Source: Mobula hypostoma (Eukaryota). From it: a stretch of DNA of 64,000 nt. The stretch covers positions 31,684,001 to 31,748,000 of the forward strand of contig NC_086109.1 in the NCBI RefSeq assembly GCF_963921235.1, written 5' to 3'. A program made the position numbers and the translations under genes. The notes beneath the pieces are model-generated. The model was not told where the DNA came from and searched no databases. It saw only the letters and a program-made list of their open reading frames with translations. Positions 47,601 through 61,030 of this stretch are shown piece by piece. Positions within the stretch are counted from its first letter, which is position 1. Each line of letters begins with the position of its first letter.

Positions 47601-47684
47601 TTGGCGTTTGACCATAGAAAGTAGCTTGGCATAGTTCTGAAGTCCAGGTGAATACTTTCAAGGCTATTGTATGTACATTCAAGT

Positions 47685-48577
47685 AGCATTCGAGTCCCTC
47701 CTTTACTTCCTGTATACCCATGACTGTGTCACCACCCACAGCTTTAATCTGCTAATTAAATTTGCCGATGACACTACATTGATTGGCCTAATCTCAAACA
47801 ATAATGAGGTGGCCTAAAGGGAAGAAATCATTTCTCTGACACAGTGGAGTTAAGAAAACAACCTCTCCCTTAATGTCGCAAAAACAAAGGAGCTGGTTGT
47901 GGATTACAGGAGAAATGGAGACGGGCTAACTCCTATTGACATCAATAGATCTAGGGTCGAGAGGGTAAACAGCTTTAAGTTCCTCGGCATCCACATCACC
48001 GAGGACATTACGTGGTCCCTACACACCAGCTGCATGGTGAAAAAGGCACAACCGCACTTCTTTCACCTCAGACGGTTGAGGAAGTTTGGTATAGGCCCCA
48101 GATTCTAAGAACTTTCTACAGGGGCACAATTGAGAGCATCCTGACCGTCTGCATCACTGCCTGGTATGGGAACTGTACCTCCCTTAATCGCAGGAGTGGT
48201 GTGGACAGTCCAGCGCATCTGTAGTTGTGAACTTCCCATGATTCAGGACATTTACAAAGACAGGTGAAAGAAAAAGGCCTGAAGGATCATTGGGGACACG
48301 AGTCACCCCAACCACAATCTATTCCAGCTGCTACCATCTGGGAGATGGTACCACAGCATAAAAGCCAGGACTAAAAGTCTCCTGGACAGCTTCTTCCACC
48401 AAGCCATCAGACTGATTAACTCACGCTGATTTGAGTGCATTTCTATGTTACATTGACGGTTCTATTTATTATAAATGACTATGATTGCACATTGCACATT
48501 TAAACGGAGACGTAAAGTAAAGATTTTTACTCCTCATGTATGCAAATGATGTAAGAAATAAAGTTAATTCAATTCAG
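47685..48577 (+). mobile_element. Rex1/Babar LINE 3' fragment
   Basis: LIKFADDTTLIGLI, VERVNSFKFLGIHIT, ESILTVCITAWYGNC; tail AATAAAGTTAATTCAATTCA. Confidence 0.92.
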
Positions 48578-49611
48578 TGAGGGCTGAACTGATTATAGCT
48601 GCCATCTTAGAATGGTTTTCATCTGTGTCTTCAAAAGCTGCCACATATATCACGCTGAGCATCCACATATTGCTGTTTGTGAGGTGTGTTTTATCACAGG
48701 TGTCATGATGCTTATTTTAGCACACTTAAGCTGGGCTGGCTATGTTTATAGGATGTGCATAATCCGAAGATCCTACTCAAGCAAGGACAGCAGTCCACAA
48801 GAGCATTGAGAAATAGGTACTAGTCATGCCAGAAGGATTATGGAATTATCCTCAGGATATGGGGAATAGCTGCAAACTATAGTTACATAGCAAACAATCT
48901 GTACAATTGTAGAAGTGAAAGAAAAATTAACAAATGGCCTACAATGTTGAGTAGTAACTGAACTGCCAGAGTGACGTTTTTGGATATACTTTCAAATTAC
49001 TGATCAACCTTACAGAATCCAAAAAAATTATGATCTAAAAAAACTTTCACTATATTAACCCTGAAACAGAAAAATACACTGATGGATTAAAAGAAGGGAG
49101 GATAGACGTGATATCCTTGGAGCAGTAGCTCCTGCATTAACCATTTGAGTGATTGCTTATGCTTAAATAGAATTTACTCTCTATAAAAGCATCGATATAG
49201 TCAGTGTATTAAAGCTCAAACCATGTGTCCACGATAACATAAATTGTCATTGTATATCTAAGTATCTCCTACTTGTTAAGTTGGAACATGAAGAGACATC
49301 TGCACATTATGAATTTCAGTTTTATTATTGATTCTATAAATAGATGAAAACAGTAAAATATAAAACATTCCATGCTAGAAGCAAGACAAATCCACATTAA
49401 AATTATGAATGCTTGGAGGCTCTCAAAGCAACAGAAGGTGCATTAGGACTGGCAGAAACATTTATATTGTTTAACGTTCAGTTTAACATTTAATTAATGA
49501 AGCAATTGATTGGGAGATTTATCAAAATCACTCAAAAGAATCTAAATACTGTTGGGCAAAGTCCAAGAAACAAGAAAACAAGCTAGATAGTACCTTCAAA
49601 GTCCTATTGAG

Positions 49612-49728
49612 AAAACAGACACAAGAGAATGTAGATGCTAAAAACTGGAGCAGCAGACAATCTGCTGGATGAGCACACCAGACCGAGTAGCATCTGTGGG
49701 AAGAGAAGAATTGCCAATATTTCAAGTC
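49612..49728 (-). mobile_element. Decayed PLE terminal-repeat fragment
   Basis: ACAAGAGAATGTAGATGCT..AATCTGCTGGATGAGCAC..AGCATCTGTGG resembles the pLTR end. Confidence 0.6.
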
Positions 49729-50179
49729 TTAAATGTCAAATATATAGTTACTGAGATTAACAGACCTGAAGACTTAAGGTTGAAATAATCTGACAATTTC
49801 TTCAAATCAAAAATAGAACTGTTTACCAAGCTACAATTTTAGGAAGGGAATATAGATAGAAAGAGCTGTTGAGTCAAAAATGAATGTAATACTTAATCAT
49901 TCAGGATGTGCAATGTCAAACAAAAATATCACCATAATTGACAGTGTAAAAGCCTCTGATGATCGTCAAGATGAAATATCAATGACATAAGAATTTTGTG
50001 CACAATTATACCTAACCTACAGTTTGCATTTAAGAGAAGAAGGTTGAGTGATAGGAGTTAAAATCATTAACCTCTTCAGTGTTAGGGTTATAAAATCTTG
50101 GAATTCATTGTAAAGGTGTTATTGAACAAACATTTGAAACACAGCTGGCATGGACCAGATACATTAAGAGCCTTTGGGT

Positions 50180-50495
50180 CGTACAAAACAGAAACAGTGT
50201 TTTAGGTTACTCCAGCCATGCTGATCACCCATCTACACTAATCCAGCTTTGTTACTCTCACACCTCAATTATTCCCGTAATCAACCACTTTTCTGCCAGA
50301 CATCACCACAATAATTTGCAGGAACAAATTAACCTGCTGACCAGCACCAGTTCTCAGATGTTGGAGAAAAGTGAGACATGCAGAGGAGACCCATGCTTTT
50401 ACATCGATAATGTGCAAACTCCACATAAGCTACACCCAAGATCAGATTCGAACATGAGTCTCTGGAGTTAGCAGCACTAACTACTGCACCGCCTG
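50180..50495 (-). mobile_element. Decayed V-SINE
   Basis: ATGTGCAAACTCCACA; GATTCGAAC (B-box reverse) and CACTAACTACTGCACC (A-box reverse). Confidence 0.7.
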
Positions 50496-51271
50496 CTTCA
50501 TTCTTGTCGTGCTCTCTTGTACAATTGTTATTAGGTTCCTACAGAAATTAAGGTGTGACCCATTTTGAATCCAGACTCGTGTGCAATGTGGTAACACTTG
50601 ATCTTACTCCTACCTGCCTGCTGGGCGGTAAGTTTGGTCAGATGTTTAGGGAGCTGGCCCGAGGTAAAGTGTTGTTTTAAAGATTGGTCTGGTTTTAAGA
50701 AACCTGAATTTGTTACTCAAGTTCACAAAGATCTCTTTTCATTAGACAAAGGCACTCAGAATATTTAAAGTTTATTCCACAACCAGTTAAAATTCAGCAC
50801 AGCAGCAGACTCTGTGGGAATGATAGATTATTAGTGAGCACATGTTTAAGTAGATTTTAAGGAATACCCACCTGTAGTGTAGAATTGCTCTGCTTTAATA
50901 CAGTCAGTTATTTCCTTGCCAGAGTGTATGCTATTGCCTATCAATAAATCTCTGATTAGTTTCTGATTAAATTAGCACTTTCTTCACATCTAAATCCCAT
51001 TCCCAATACTCTGATTTTATTTATACTGTGCATAAAAGCTTAAAACTGTCTTTTGAACATAGGCACCAAATAATAGCATAATGGCTCCATATCCTTGTCA
51101 CATCTAAAAATGATCTGTGCTTCAGAAGTTATTCAATAAACCACTCCTTACAAAGGCAAAGCAATGCTGGGCTTGTGTCATCCACATTGCAAATTTGAAT
51201 GTGAATAACTAATGGAAGATTTCTTTGCATGAATGCACATTATAACATTTCTGGTTAAACATTTTTATAAT

Positions 51272-51600
51272 GAACATAGAATACTGAACAGGAACAGCCC
51301 CATTAGCCCACAATGTTGTGCCAAGGCAATTAATAATCAAATGGACGACTAAGCTATTCCTTTATGCCTACAGAACATCCGTGTATTTCCATTTTCCTCA
51401 CATTCATGCGCCTATCTAAACGTTCCCAATACATCTGCCTCTACCACCATCCCAGGCAGCATGTTCTGGGCACCCACCACTTTGTAAAATACTTGCTCCT
51501 TACACTTCCTCTGAAATGACTCCCTCTCACCTTAAATACATGTCCTCTGCTATTAGATATTTCAACACTGGGAAAAAGATACTGTCCCTCTATCTAATAG
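51272..51600 (-). mobile_element. Decayed CR1 3' end
   Basis: GAACATAGAA tail, AGCCCACAATGTTGTGCC; similar to 460-1100. Confidence 0.75.
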
Positions 51601-51619
51601 AGTCTAATCTAACATGTCC

Positions 51620-53745
51620 TTACCTTAGAAATTCCCTGGGGTTACCCACAGCCCTCTATTTTTCTGAGCTCCATGTACCTGTCTAGGAGTCTCTTAAAAG
51701 ACCCTATCATATCCGCCTCCACCAGTGTCGCCGGCAGCCCATTCCATGAACTCACCACTCTCTGCATAACAAACTTACCCCTGACATCTCCTCTGCACCT
51801 GCTTCCAAGCACCTTAAAGCTGTGTCCTCTCGTGTTAGCCATCTCGGCCCTGGTAAAAAGCCTTTGATTATCCACACTATCAATGCCTCTCATCATCTTA
51901 TACACCTGTATCAGGTCACCTCTCATCTTCCGTCGCACCAAGGAAAAAAGGCTGAGTTCATGCAACCTATTCTCATAAGAGATGCTCCCCTATCCAGGCA
52001 ATATCCTTGTAAATCTCCTCTGTACTGTTTCTATGGTTTCCTTCCTGTAGTGAGGCGACCAGAACTGAGCACAGTACTCCAAGTTGGGTCTGACCAAAGT
52101 CTATATAGTTACATCATTACCTCTCGGCTCTTTAACTCAATCCCACGATTGATGAAGGCCAATGTACCGTATGCTTTCTTAACCAGACAGTCAACTTGCG
52201 TAGCAGCTTTCAGTGTTCTATTGGCTCAGACCCCAAGATCCCTCTGATCCTCCACACTGCCAAGAGTCTTACCATTAATACTATATTAAGCCATCATATT
52301 TGACCTACCAAAATGAATCACCTCACACTTATCTAGGTTGTATTCCACCTGCCACTTCTCAGCCCAGTTTTGCATCCTATCAATGTACCGCTGTAACTTC
52401 TGACAGCCCTCCATACTATCCACAACATCCCCCAACCTTCGTGTCATCAGCAAATTTGCTAACCTATCCCTCCACTTCCTCATTGAGGTCATTTATAAAA
52501 ATCACAAAGAGTAGGGATCCCAGAACAGATTCCTGAAGCACATCACTGGTCACCGACCTCCCTGCAGAATATGACCCATCTACAACTACTATTTGCCTTC
52601 TGTGGGCAAGCCAGTTCTGGATCCACAAAGCAATGTCCCCTTGGATCCCATAACTCTTTACTTTCTCAATAAGTCTTGCATGGGGTACCTTGTCAAATGC
52701 TTTGCTGAAATCCATATACACTACATCTACTGCTCTACCAAGGTGTTTAGTCACATCCGCAAAGAGTTCAATCAGACTTATAGGACACAACCTGCCTTAC
52801 TGACTATTCCTAATCATATTATGCCTCTCGAAATGTTCATAAAACCTGCCCCTCGGGATCTTCTCCATCAACTTACCAACCACTGAAGTAAGACTCACTG
52901 GTTTATCATTTCCTGGGCTATCTCTACTCCCTTTCTTGAATAAAGGAACAGCATTCGCAAGCCTCCAAACCTCTGGAACCTCCCATCCCCATTGATGATG
53001 CAGAGATCATTGCTAGAGGCTCAGCAATCTTCTCCCTCGCCTCCCACAGTAGCCTGGGGTACATCTCATCCGGTCCCGGTGACCTATCAACTTGATGCTT
53101 TCCAAAAGATCCAGCATATCCTCTTTCTTAATGTCTATATGCTCAAGCTTTTCAGTCTGCTGTAAGTCATCCCTACAATTACCAAGGTCCTTTTCTGTAG
53201 TGAATATTGAAGCAAAGTATTCATTACGTACCTCTGCTATCTCCTCCGGTTCCATACATATTTTTCCACTGTCACACTTGATTGTTCTTATTTTCTCACA
53301 TCTTATCCTCTTGCTCTTTACATACTTGTAGAATGCCTTGGGGTTTTCCTTAATCCTGTCCACCAAGGCCTTCTCATGGCCCTTTCTGGCTCTCCTAATT
53401 TCAATCTTAAAATCCTTCCTGCTAACCTTATAATCTTCTCGATCTCTATCATTACCTAGTTTTTTGAACCTTTCATTAGCTCTTCTTTTCTTCTTGACTA
53501 GATTTACAACAGCCTTTGTGCACCACAGTTCCTGTACCTTACCATCCTTTCCGTCTCATCGGAATGTACCTATGCAGAACTCCACGCAAATATCCCCTGA
53601 ACATTTGCCGCATTTCTTCCGTCCGTTTCCCTGAGAACATCTGTTTCCAATTTATGCTTCCAAGTTCCTGCTGATTTCCCTCACTCCAATTAAGCGCTTT
53701 CCTAACTTGTCTGTTTCTATCCCTCTTCAATGCGATGGTAAAGGA
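51620..53745 (-). mobile_element. CR1 ORF2 fragment (second subfamily)
   Basis: IKENPKAFYKYVKSK, VDVVYMDFSKAFDKVPH, MRGDLIQVYKMMRG; frameshifted. Confidence 0.92.
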
Positions 53746-53749
53746 GATA

Positions 53750-54670
53750 TAAAACTAATGTTGTTCTGTTGTTTAAGAAAGGTTCTAAGAATAAACTAGG
53801 AAATTATAGGCTGGTGAGTCTGACATCAGTAGTGGGAATGTTTTTGTATGGTATTCTAAAAGACTGGATATATATTTAGATAGATGAGGACTAGATAGGG
53901 ATATTCAACATGGTTTTGTGCATGGTAAGTCATGTCTAGCCAATCTTACAGAGCTTCGAGGAAGTTACCAGGCAAGTTGGTGCAGACATGGCAATGGGTG
54001 TTGGTGACATGAACTTTAGCAAGGCATTTGACAAGGACCCACATGGGAGGTTGGTCATGAAGGTTCAGTCAATTGGCGTTCAAGATGAGGTAGTAAATTG
54101 GATTAGGCATTGGCTTTGCAGAGGAAGCCAGAAAGTGGTAGTAGAAGGTTGCCTCTAACTGGAGGCCTGTGACTAGGAGTGTGCCACACAGATAGGTGTT
54201 TGGTCCATTGTTGTTAGTCATCTATATCAACAATCTGGATGATAACGCGGTAAAGTGGATCAGAAAATTTGTGAATGACACCAAATTAGGGGTGTAGTGG
54301 ACAGGAAGGAAAACTACCAAACTTGCCGTGGAATCTGGACTAACTGGAAAAAAGGGCTGAAAAATTACAAGTGGAATTTAATGCAAACAAGTGTGAGGTG
54401 TTGCACTTTGGGAGGACCAACCAGGGTATGTCATACGTGGTGAGTGGCAGGGCACAGAGGAGTGCAGTAGTACAGAAGGAATGGGAATACAAGGTCTATA
54501 ATTTGTTGAAAGTGGTGTCACAGGTAAATAGGCTCGTAAAGAAAGCTTTTAGCACATTGGCCTTCTTAAATCAAAGTACTGAGTGAAGATCTGGGATGTT
54601 ATATTGAAATTGTATAAGACGTTGGTGAGACCTAATTTGGAGTATTGTGTCCAGTTTTGGTCACCTATCT
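53750..54670 (+). mobile_element. Decayed CR1 RT fragment
   Basis: [52 protein letters not shown]. Confidence 0.88.
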
Positions 54671-54995
54671 GCTCACTGGTCTATAGTTTCTAGGAATATC
54701 CCTGTCCTTTTCTTGAACAATGAAGAAATATTAGCAACTCGCCAGTCTTCTTGAACCATTCCTGCTTCTAGAAATTGGTCAATACCCCAGCAATCTATCC
54801 ACTGCTCCTCTCAATAACCTAGGGCATATCCCATCAGTCCCTGGAGACCTAACTGCAATAAAGCTCTTTAAAACACTCAGCACTGCTTTCTTCTTTACTT
54901 TGAAATGCCCTGGCAGATCAATACTTTCATCACTGATCTCCCTATCTGCCACATCATTCTCCTTTTTAAGTGCTGATGTAAAATACTCATTAAGG
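54671..54995 (-). mobile_element. Decayed CR1 ORF2 fragment
   Basis: LNEYFTSA..RSPGTDGICPRLLR (ORF 54779..55036). Confidence 0.8.
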
Positions 54996-55529
54996 ACCAA
55001 GTCACACCAGTGAAAGCTATCAGTGTAGAACACCATTACGTACTGAGGCCAATGATGCTCAAATTAGAAAGGATTATTAGTGGCTGTGACACTTGGACTT
55101 GAGATGGTCCACACTGGGTGAAATGTCCTCCACAGACTGATCACAACCCTCTAGAACTGCGTGAAGAATCTTCACCAAGTTCCAAGGTAGCTTCGGAGAC
55201 TGATTCCTCACCTACAACAATCTAGATGATGCACAGATTATCTACTACCCTGGCAGTAAGATGAACATTACAGACAGACTGCAGAAAAGGGACGTATTGC
55301 AGAGCAGAGAATTAGAACAAATAAAAATGTTGAATGATCTACCTACAGCATAACTACTGATAAAGAAACTACAGGAGACATAAAAAACCGTAATAAATGC
55401 ATTAAGTTGTTATGAGGAGAGGCTCAAAAAAAAAGAACAGGAATGTCTTGGAATCTAGCCCTATGCTTCCGTGTTTCAAATCAGTTCAGCATTTCAGTGA
55501 GTTTGCTTTTCAGAAAGGTATTATACTAA

Positions 55530-56234
55530 AGTAATGCCCTGGTTCACGTTTTTACTGCTGTGCTGTCGGTATTTCATTTTAGCAGTTCTGTGAAAGCAGC
55601 CTGTCAGGGTTACTGTTAAAGATAAGGGATGATTAGGAGTGTGTGTCATCCAATTAGGATGGTGGAACTGGGAGAAGGTTCCAGAAAATACTGGGGGGAG
55701 AGGTTTTGTGGGGGACACTAAGGTTGGTCTTTGTCCTTGTTTGGCAGGAGATGAAGAGGGAAGAAGCTGGAGAGAACCAGCTGTAGGATTCGATCCGGTG
55801 GGAATGCATGATACGATAGAGCCCAAGTGCAGAGGTCTACCGAAGATCGGTGAATATGGCTTTTGGAAGATTTGAGCTCCAACTTGTGTACATTTGACAT
55901 TATAAAGGGCCTTTTTTTGATCTTTTCTTTCTTTTCTTTACTAATTCATCAGCAGCCATAAATATACTTTCTTTATAATTGTATGCTGTGTGTGATTTGT
56001 TATTTCATGCCAACAGATGATTGCTGGGGGGCAGTAAGTCACACAGCATTCACACAAACTGGGGTTTGGGAGGGTGAGAGATCCCAACCTCATGGATTTG
56101 GGGGGACCAACATCTTATGTACCCTAGATGTACGAAGCCTGAGAAAGGTGGGTTTTTCACCACGCATTCCAGTGGCTGTTAGTGAGGGGCTAATGAGTCA
56201 CATTTCCAAAGAGGACCAGTGAAAGGGGCTTTCA
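55530..56234 (+). mobile_element. Solo LTR
   Basis: 4-bp TSD CTAA (55526-55529, 56235-56238); AG(TG-derived)..CA ends; homologous to 40668-41498. Confidence 0.75.
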
Positions 56235-56339
56235 CTAACAACTATGCAGAAGGTAATGCTAAAATATATACATTTGCACACATCTGGGAGAGAACAGCTT
56301 CAGGGAGACAGTGCCAAAGTCAGTGTACTGGACACAGAT

Positions 56340-57148
56340 TTTCAAAGGTACATTTAATGTCAGAGAAATGTATACAATAGATATCCTGAAATGCTTTTCA
56401 CAACCATCCACGAAAACGGAGGAGTTCCCCCAAAGAAAGAATGACAGCTAAATGTTAGAACCCCAAAGCCACCCCCCAGCTCTCCCCTCGTACACATAAG
56501 CAGCAGCAAAGCAATGATCCACCCCTCCCACCAGCAAAAAAAAGCATTGGCATTCACCACTGAGCACTCAAGCGTGCAGCAAAGCAACAGTAAAGACACA
56601 GACTTGCAGTACCCCAAAGACTACTCATTCACCTGGTATTCGACATACCACAGGCTTTCTCTCTCCCTAATAAGGGAGAAAAAGATGTCTCCATTTCACA
56701 GTGAGAGGGGAGACATAACAAACAACTCGCTAATTGACAATGTTAAAAGTCTGTTCCTTCGCTTTTTCCGAGCTCTGTCCCCAAAGAACTTGGGTCTCTG
56801 AGGACACAGCCAGAAATCCTCCATTTCCCATGACACACCGATCTCCTGCTGGGACACCGACCTTCGGTCCGCAGGCCTCCAGAGCCACGAGACCCCGGAA
56901 ATCTGAAGGCGAGCTAATCTCTTAGGCTGCATCCTTGCCATATCGAATAACGGCCAGTTGTGAAATCCTGAGAGTAGGTCCCCTTCCCACAAAGAACCGA
57001 AGTCAGCATGTAACTCCAGGTCAGGGTCTTCAAAGGAACCATGAAAGGGGAAAATAGAGATATTAAAAATAGAAATAGAGCTGTTTCCAAAGATGCAAGA
57101 AAAGGTGGCTGTGTTAGGCACTATTGTCTCCTCCTAAGCTCCTCCTCC
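56340..57148 (-). mobile_element. Non-coding non-autonomous retroelement, Rex1-like tail
   Basis: Collinear reverse complement of 15412-16205. Confidence 0.8.
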
Positions 57149-57512
57149 TGATGACAGCAGAAGTGTAAGACTTCTCACAAAAATGGATATATGGAGGTAA
57201 CGTCACAAGAGTTGTGTACGATTTGAATATGAGGGACGAATAAGTATTGAGTTAGCTAGTAGCCGATCTTTTCCAGTTGAGTTGGAGATGGTTAATCATC
57301 TTCCCAACTTCCTGGGAAAAGACTCAATCCCAGTTTCAGCCACCATTCACAAGCTGAAAGTTCAGTTTGCCAGCTATCATTGCTCAATATGCACACACGT
57401 TTGCAAGATTCATTGCAACATGAAGAGTTATTTATACACTGTCTTTAGCATATTGTCAACAATCCAATGGAAAGATGAAGACTGCTCTAAAAACAGCCAA
57501 GACACATCTGAG

Positions 57513-57790
57513 AAAGTTCAAAGTAAATTTATTATCAAAGTGCATGGATGTCACCACATAAAGACCCGAGTTTCATTTCCTTGGTGCCATGCTCAATAAA
57601 TCCATAAAATAATATCCATAACAGAAAGAACTCACCAATTTGAGCATCCAAACAATGTGTAAAGAACAGAGTGCAAATAAAAGAGAAAGAAAGAATAAAA
57701 AAGATAAGCAATAAATATCAAGAACATGAGATGAAGAGACTTTGAAAGTAAGTCCGCAGGTTGTGGGAACATTTCGATGATGGGGCAATT
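57513..57790 (-). mobile_element. Rex1/Babar 3'UTR
   Basis: AAAGTTCAAAGTAAATTTATTATCAAAG tail; matches 19780-20045. Confidence 0.78.
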
Positions 57791-57864
57791 CCACACTAAT
57801 TAAGAAGGGCAAAAAGAAGTAAAGGTACATACTTTCATCTCCTGGCATACAGAAATATATCACT

Positions 57865-58395
57865 GAGCTCTAGCAGCTGTTCTCCTTGAGACTGACGGGA
57901 GGATGTTTTTGAAATTCTAAGCGTTATGTCATTATTGGACTGTAGTTTATATTGCTCTCCTTCAGTTTTCTGTGTTTCCTTTCTTGTTGCCAGTTGGTGG
58001 ATTTGGGGTTTGAGTTCTGGGTGGGCGATATGTTAGTTTTTGTGCAAGGGAGAGATTGGGGGATTTGCAGTCTGGTGCTCTTGCTGGTATTTCTGAGTGG
58101 GTGAACTGTTAGTTTTTGTGTGGGAGAGAGGGGGTTGGGGGTTTGATGCTTTACTTCGTGAGGGAGACGGTTGGGGGATTGATATTATTGTTGCTGTTTT
58201 TTTGTGAGGGAAAGAGTTCAGGGATTTGGGTTTTTATTGTTCTAGCTGCCTTTTTCTGGTTGGGTGATCTGTTAGTTTTTGTGCGAGAGAGGAGGTGGGA
58301 GGGCTGATGTCTGTATTTCATGGCTATCCGAAGAAGACAAATATCAGAGTTGTATTGTGCATGCATACTTTGATAATAAAATGAACCTTTGAACC
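57865..58395 (+). mobile_element. Non-coding retroelement 3' part, Rex1-like tail
   Basis: Homologous to 59630-60078; ends ACTTTGATAATAAAATGAACCTTTGAAC; internal G/T-rich repeats. Confidence 0.7.
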
Positions 58396-59234
58396 ATTAT
58401 TAGTACCTTGGAGCACGTTCAGGAAGTTGGGAAGGTTGGGGGGGCGGGGGAGAATGTTGGGTGGGGGTGAGTACAGAGACATCAATGGGCGCTGCCGGAA
58501 CACTGAAATAGGAGTACAATAGATAAAGAAGACACATCCTAAGCCAATTTATAAAAGTGGCATTATAATTTATGGAACTGAAGAAAATTGTGACATATAA
58601 ACTACATTTGTACATTGTGCTATATGTGGAGGATTATCTGGTTGTAAGTAAATTGCTAAAAGTAAGTTGTTTTCCTTTTATCCAAAGCACTGTACCTAAT
58701 TGTACTACAGAATATTAATTAATAAATAAACTTGTACGTTTAGAGGTAGCAGGGCAGGATACCTGCTTCAAGAGAAGGTTGCTTACCAATCGAGAAGACT
58801 TCACATTACCTAGTGTTCTGGTGGACAGGGTAAAAAGGCAAATTATTTAAAGGGAGAGCAATGAGCAACAAGAAATTAAATGAACTCAAAAGGAGAACAC
58901 ATGACAGAACAATCTATAAAATCTTAAAATAAATAGATTTATAAAACAGTTGAGTAAAATGGTGAAACAAAGTGGAATTAGTATCTTATAAAAACTGACA
59001 AACTGTAGTTCACATAACTTCAAAAAAAGCATGCAAATATAGACAGTACTGAGTGATTCATGTACAGATATCACAGGGGATTACAGCGATAGCAATGGAA
59101 AACACGATTAAACATTGCTGTTTTTAACATTTTGTAGAAAGATAACAAGGAAAATGTGAGAGATATTGTAATTGTACCAATACCATCGTTCAGAGTGTAA
59201 GACTAAATGCATAGAGGTAAATTAATCAAAGAAC

Positions 59235-59570
59235 TGATTGTTAAATTAGTTTATTATTGTCATATGTACCAAGGGATGGAGAAAGATTGTTTTGCATACT
59301 ATCCATGCAGATCATTATATCACATAGTACAGGGAAAAACAATAATTGAATGCAGAATATCGTTTTGCAATTGCAAATATAGTGCAGCCAGACCATGAAG
59401 TTTAAGACCATGACAAGGCAGATTGTGAGGTCAAGACCCCATCTTACCTTAGAAGGGAACCATTCCATAGCCTTATAACAGTGGGATGGAAACTGTCTTT
59501 GAGACTGATGGTACATGCTTACAGGCTTTTGTATCTTCTCCCCAGTGGGAAGAAGGAGAAGTCAGAGGGC
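59235..59570 (-). mobile_element. Rex1/Babar 3' end
   Basis: Minus strand FSFFPLGRRYKSL..LKDSFHPTVIRLWN. Confidence 0.7.
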
Positions 59571-59629
59571 TTGATAGTGTTAACAAAAAAGTTAATTCTG
59601 ATTCCTCCTTGGTATATGGGTCTGGCCAG

Positions 59630-60078
59630 TTGAAAGCTCCACACAAGAACTAATTCAAGCTATTGCTCTCCTCGGATGTTTTCAAAATTCAGGGCTGTAC
59701 GTGATTATCGGTGTGGACTGTAGCTTATATTGCTCTCTTTCAGTTCTTCTGTGTTTTCCTTCTTCCTCCTTTTTTTTTCGATGAGGGAGGCGTTGGGTGT
59801 TTGATGTTATTGTTGCTGTTTTTTGATTGGGAAGAGCTTAGAGGTTAGGGTTTCGACGTTTTAGCTGCCGTGTCCTGGTTGGTGATCTGTTCGTTTTTGT
59901 GCAAGGGAAAGGTTTGGGTTTTGAGGTTTGCAGGTTCTGTTTCTTTTCCATGCTGGAGGGCAATGCCCTCAACAAATTCCATGGCCTTTCTGTAATGTAT
60001 GGCTATCTGGTGAAGACTAATCTCAGAGTTAGCTTCTGCATACATACTTTGATAATAATATGAACCTTTGAATCTTTA
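59630..60078 (+). mobile_element. Non-coding retroelement 3' part, Rex1-like tail
   Basis: Homologous to 57865-58395 (GGACTGTAG.TTATATTGCTCTC.TTCAGTT; ACTTTGATAATAA..TGAACCTTTGAA). Confidence 0.7.
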
Positions 60079-60251
60079 AAATGTGTAACAAAATGAAAGT
60101 TTGTAAACCACAAACCTACTCTTGAGTGTCAGAATGTTTTGAAAAAGTACAAGAAAAACAGTCAATAGCAATGTTTTAAGAGCCTAGTGTGAGCACTCAT
60201 CTACAGCCTTGAGAGTAGATAATGGTGAAAAAACATTTTTGTTTGTGAAAG

Positions 60252-60460
60252 GGAAGATATTCTACAGATGCTGGTACTGTTCCATGGGAAAGCATTAGGG
60301 TAAAGGATCTTGAGTGGCATAAAGAGGAACAATATCTTTCTGCAAGTGAGAATCTTCTTTTAGACCAGGTGCCAAGAGCTAGAGTAGAGACAAGGACAAA
60401 GAGAGAGAGAAAGACTGCAAAAGCCATTCCCTCTGGTAGTACATTGTGCAACGTGGCAAA
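60252..60460 (+). CDS. Candidate coding exon of unidentified host gene
   Basis: Non-repeat sequence, 70 open codons, acceptor TTTTTGTTTGTGAAAG, donor AAA/GTAATT; protein not recognised. Confidence 0.25.
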
Positions 60461-60599
60461 GTAATTGGTTGATACATATTATTTTGTCTCTTTCTACTTA
60501 ATTCACTATTTTCCTTTCTATTTGTATTTATTCTTAATAATACTCTAACAAAGAGTTTTTATAACCTTCATTACATGTACAGCATCTCCTTTGTTTGAG

Positions 60600-61030
60600 G
60601 ATGCTTCTTGTTGCTGAATCAGAAAAGGACAAGTTTCAGAAGTATTTTAGTTACAGGATGTAGTCTTTAATTATGTTTTTTTCTAAGGCCACAAGAAATG
60701 TTGTTTAGTATCCATGGAGGGAGGCTGGTTTTCATTATGTGCTGTACTGTGTCCACAACCCTTTGCAGTTTCTTGAGGTCAAAGGCAGAGCAATTGCCAT
60801 ACCAATCCAAGATGCATCCAGACAGAATTGTTTCTACAGTATGTAAAAAGTGACATAAATATGTGACAAAACAGGTTTTACTCTCAGTGTCTCTTGATGA
60901 AGTAAAGCCACTGGTATACTTTCTTAGGTTGTTGAACCAGGACAGAACAGGATGTTCATTCCTAGTAACTTGAAACTCTCAACCAAAGACCATTGACATA
61001 AACAGTAGCATGTGCAATATACATTGCATG
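60600..61030 (-). mobile_element. Decayed Rex1/Babar fragment
   Basis: Minus strand TILSGCILDWYGNCS..KKLQRVVDTVQHI. Confidence 0.7.

Noticed and set aside
53750..54995. Single CR1 with internal inversion
   Set aside because: The two pieces overlap in element coordinates and look like different subfamilies; treated as separate fragments.
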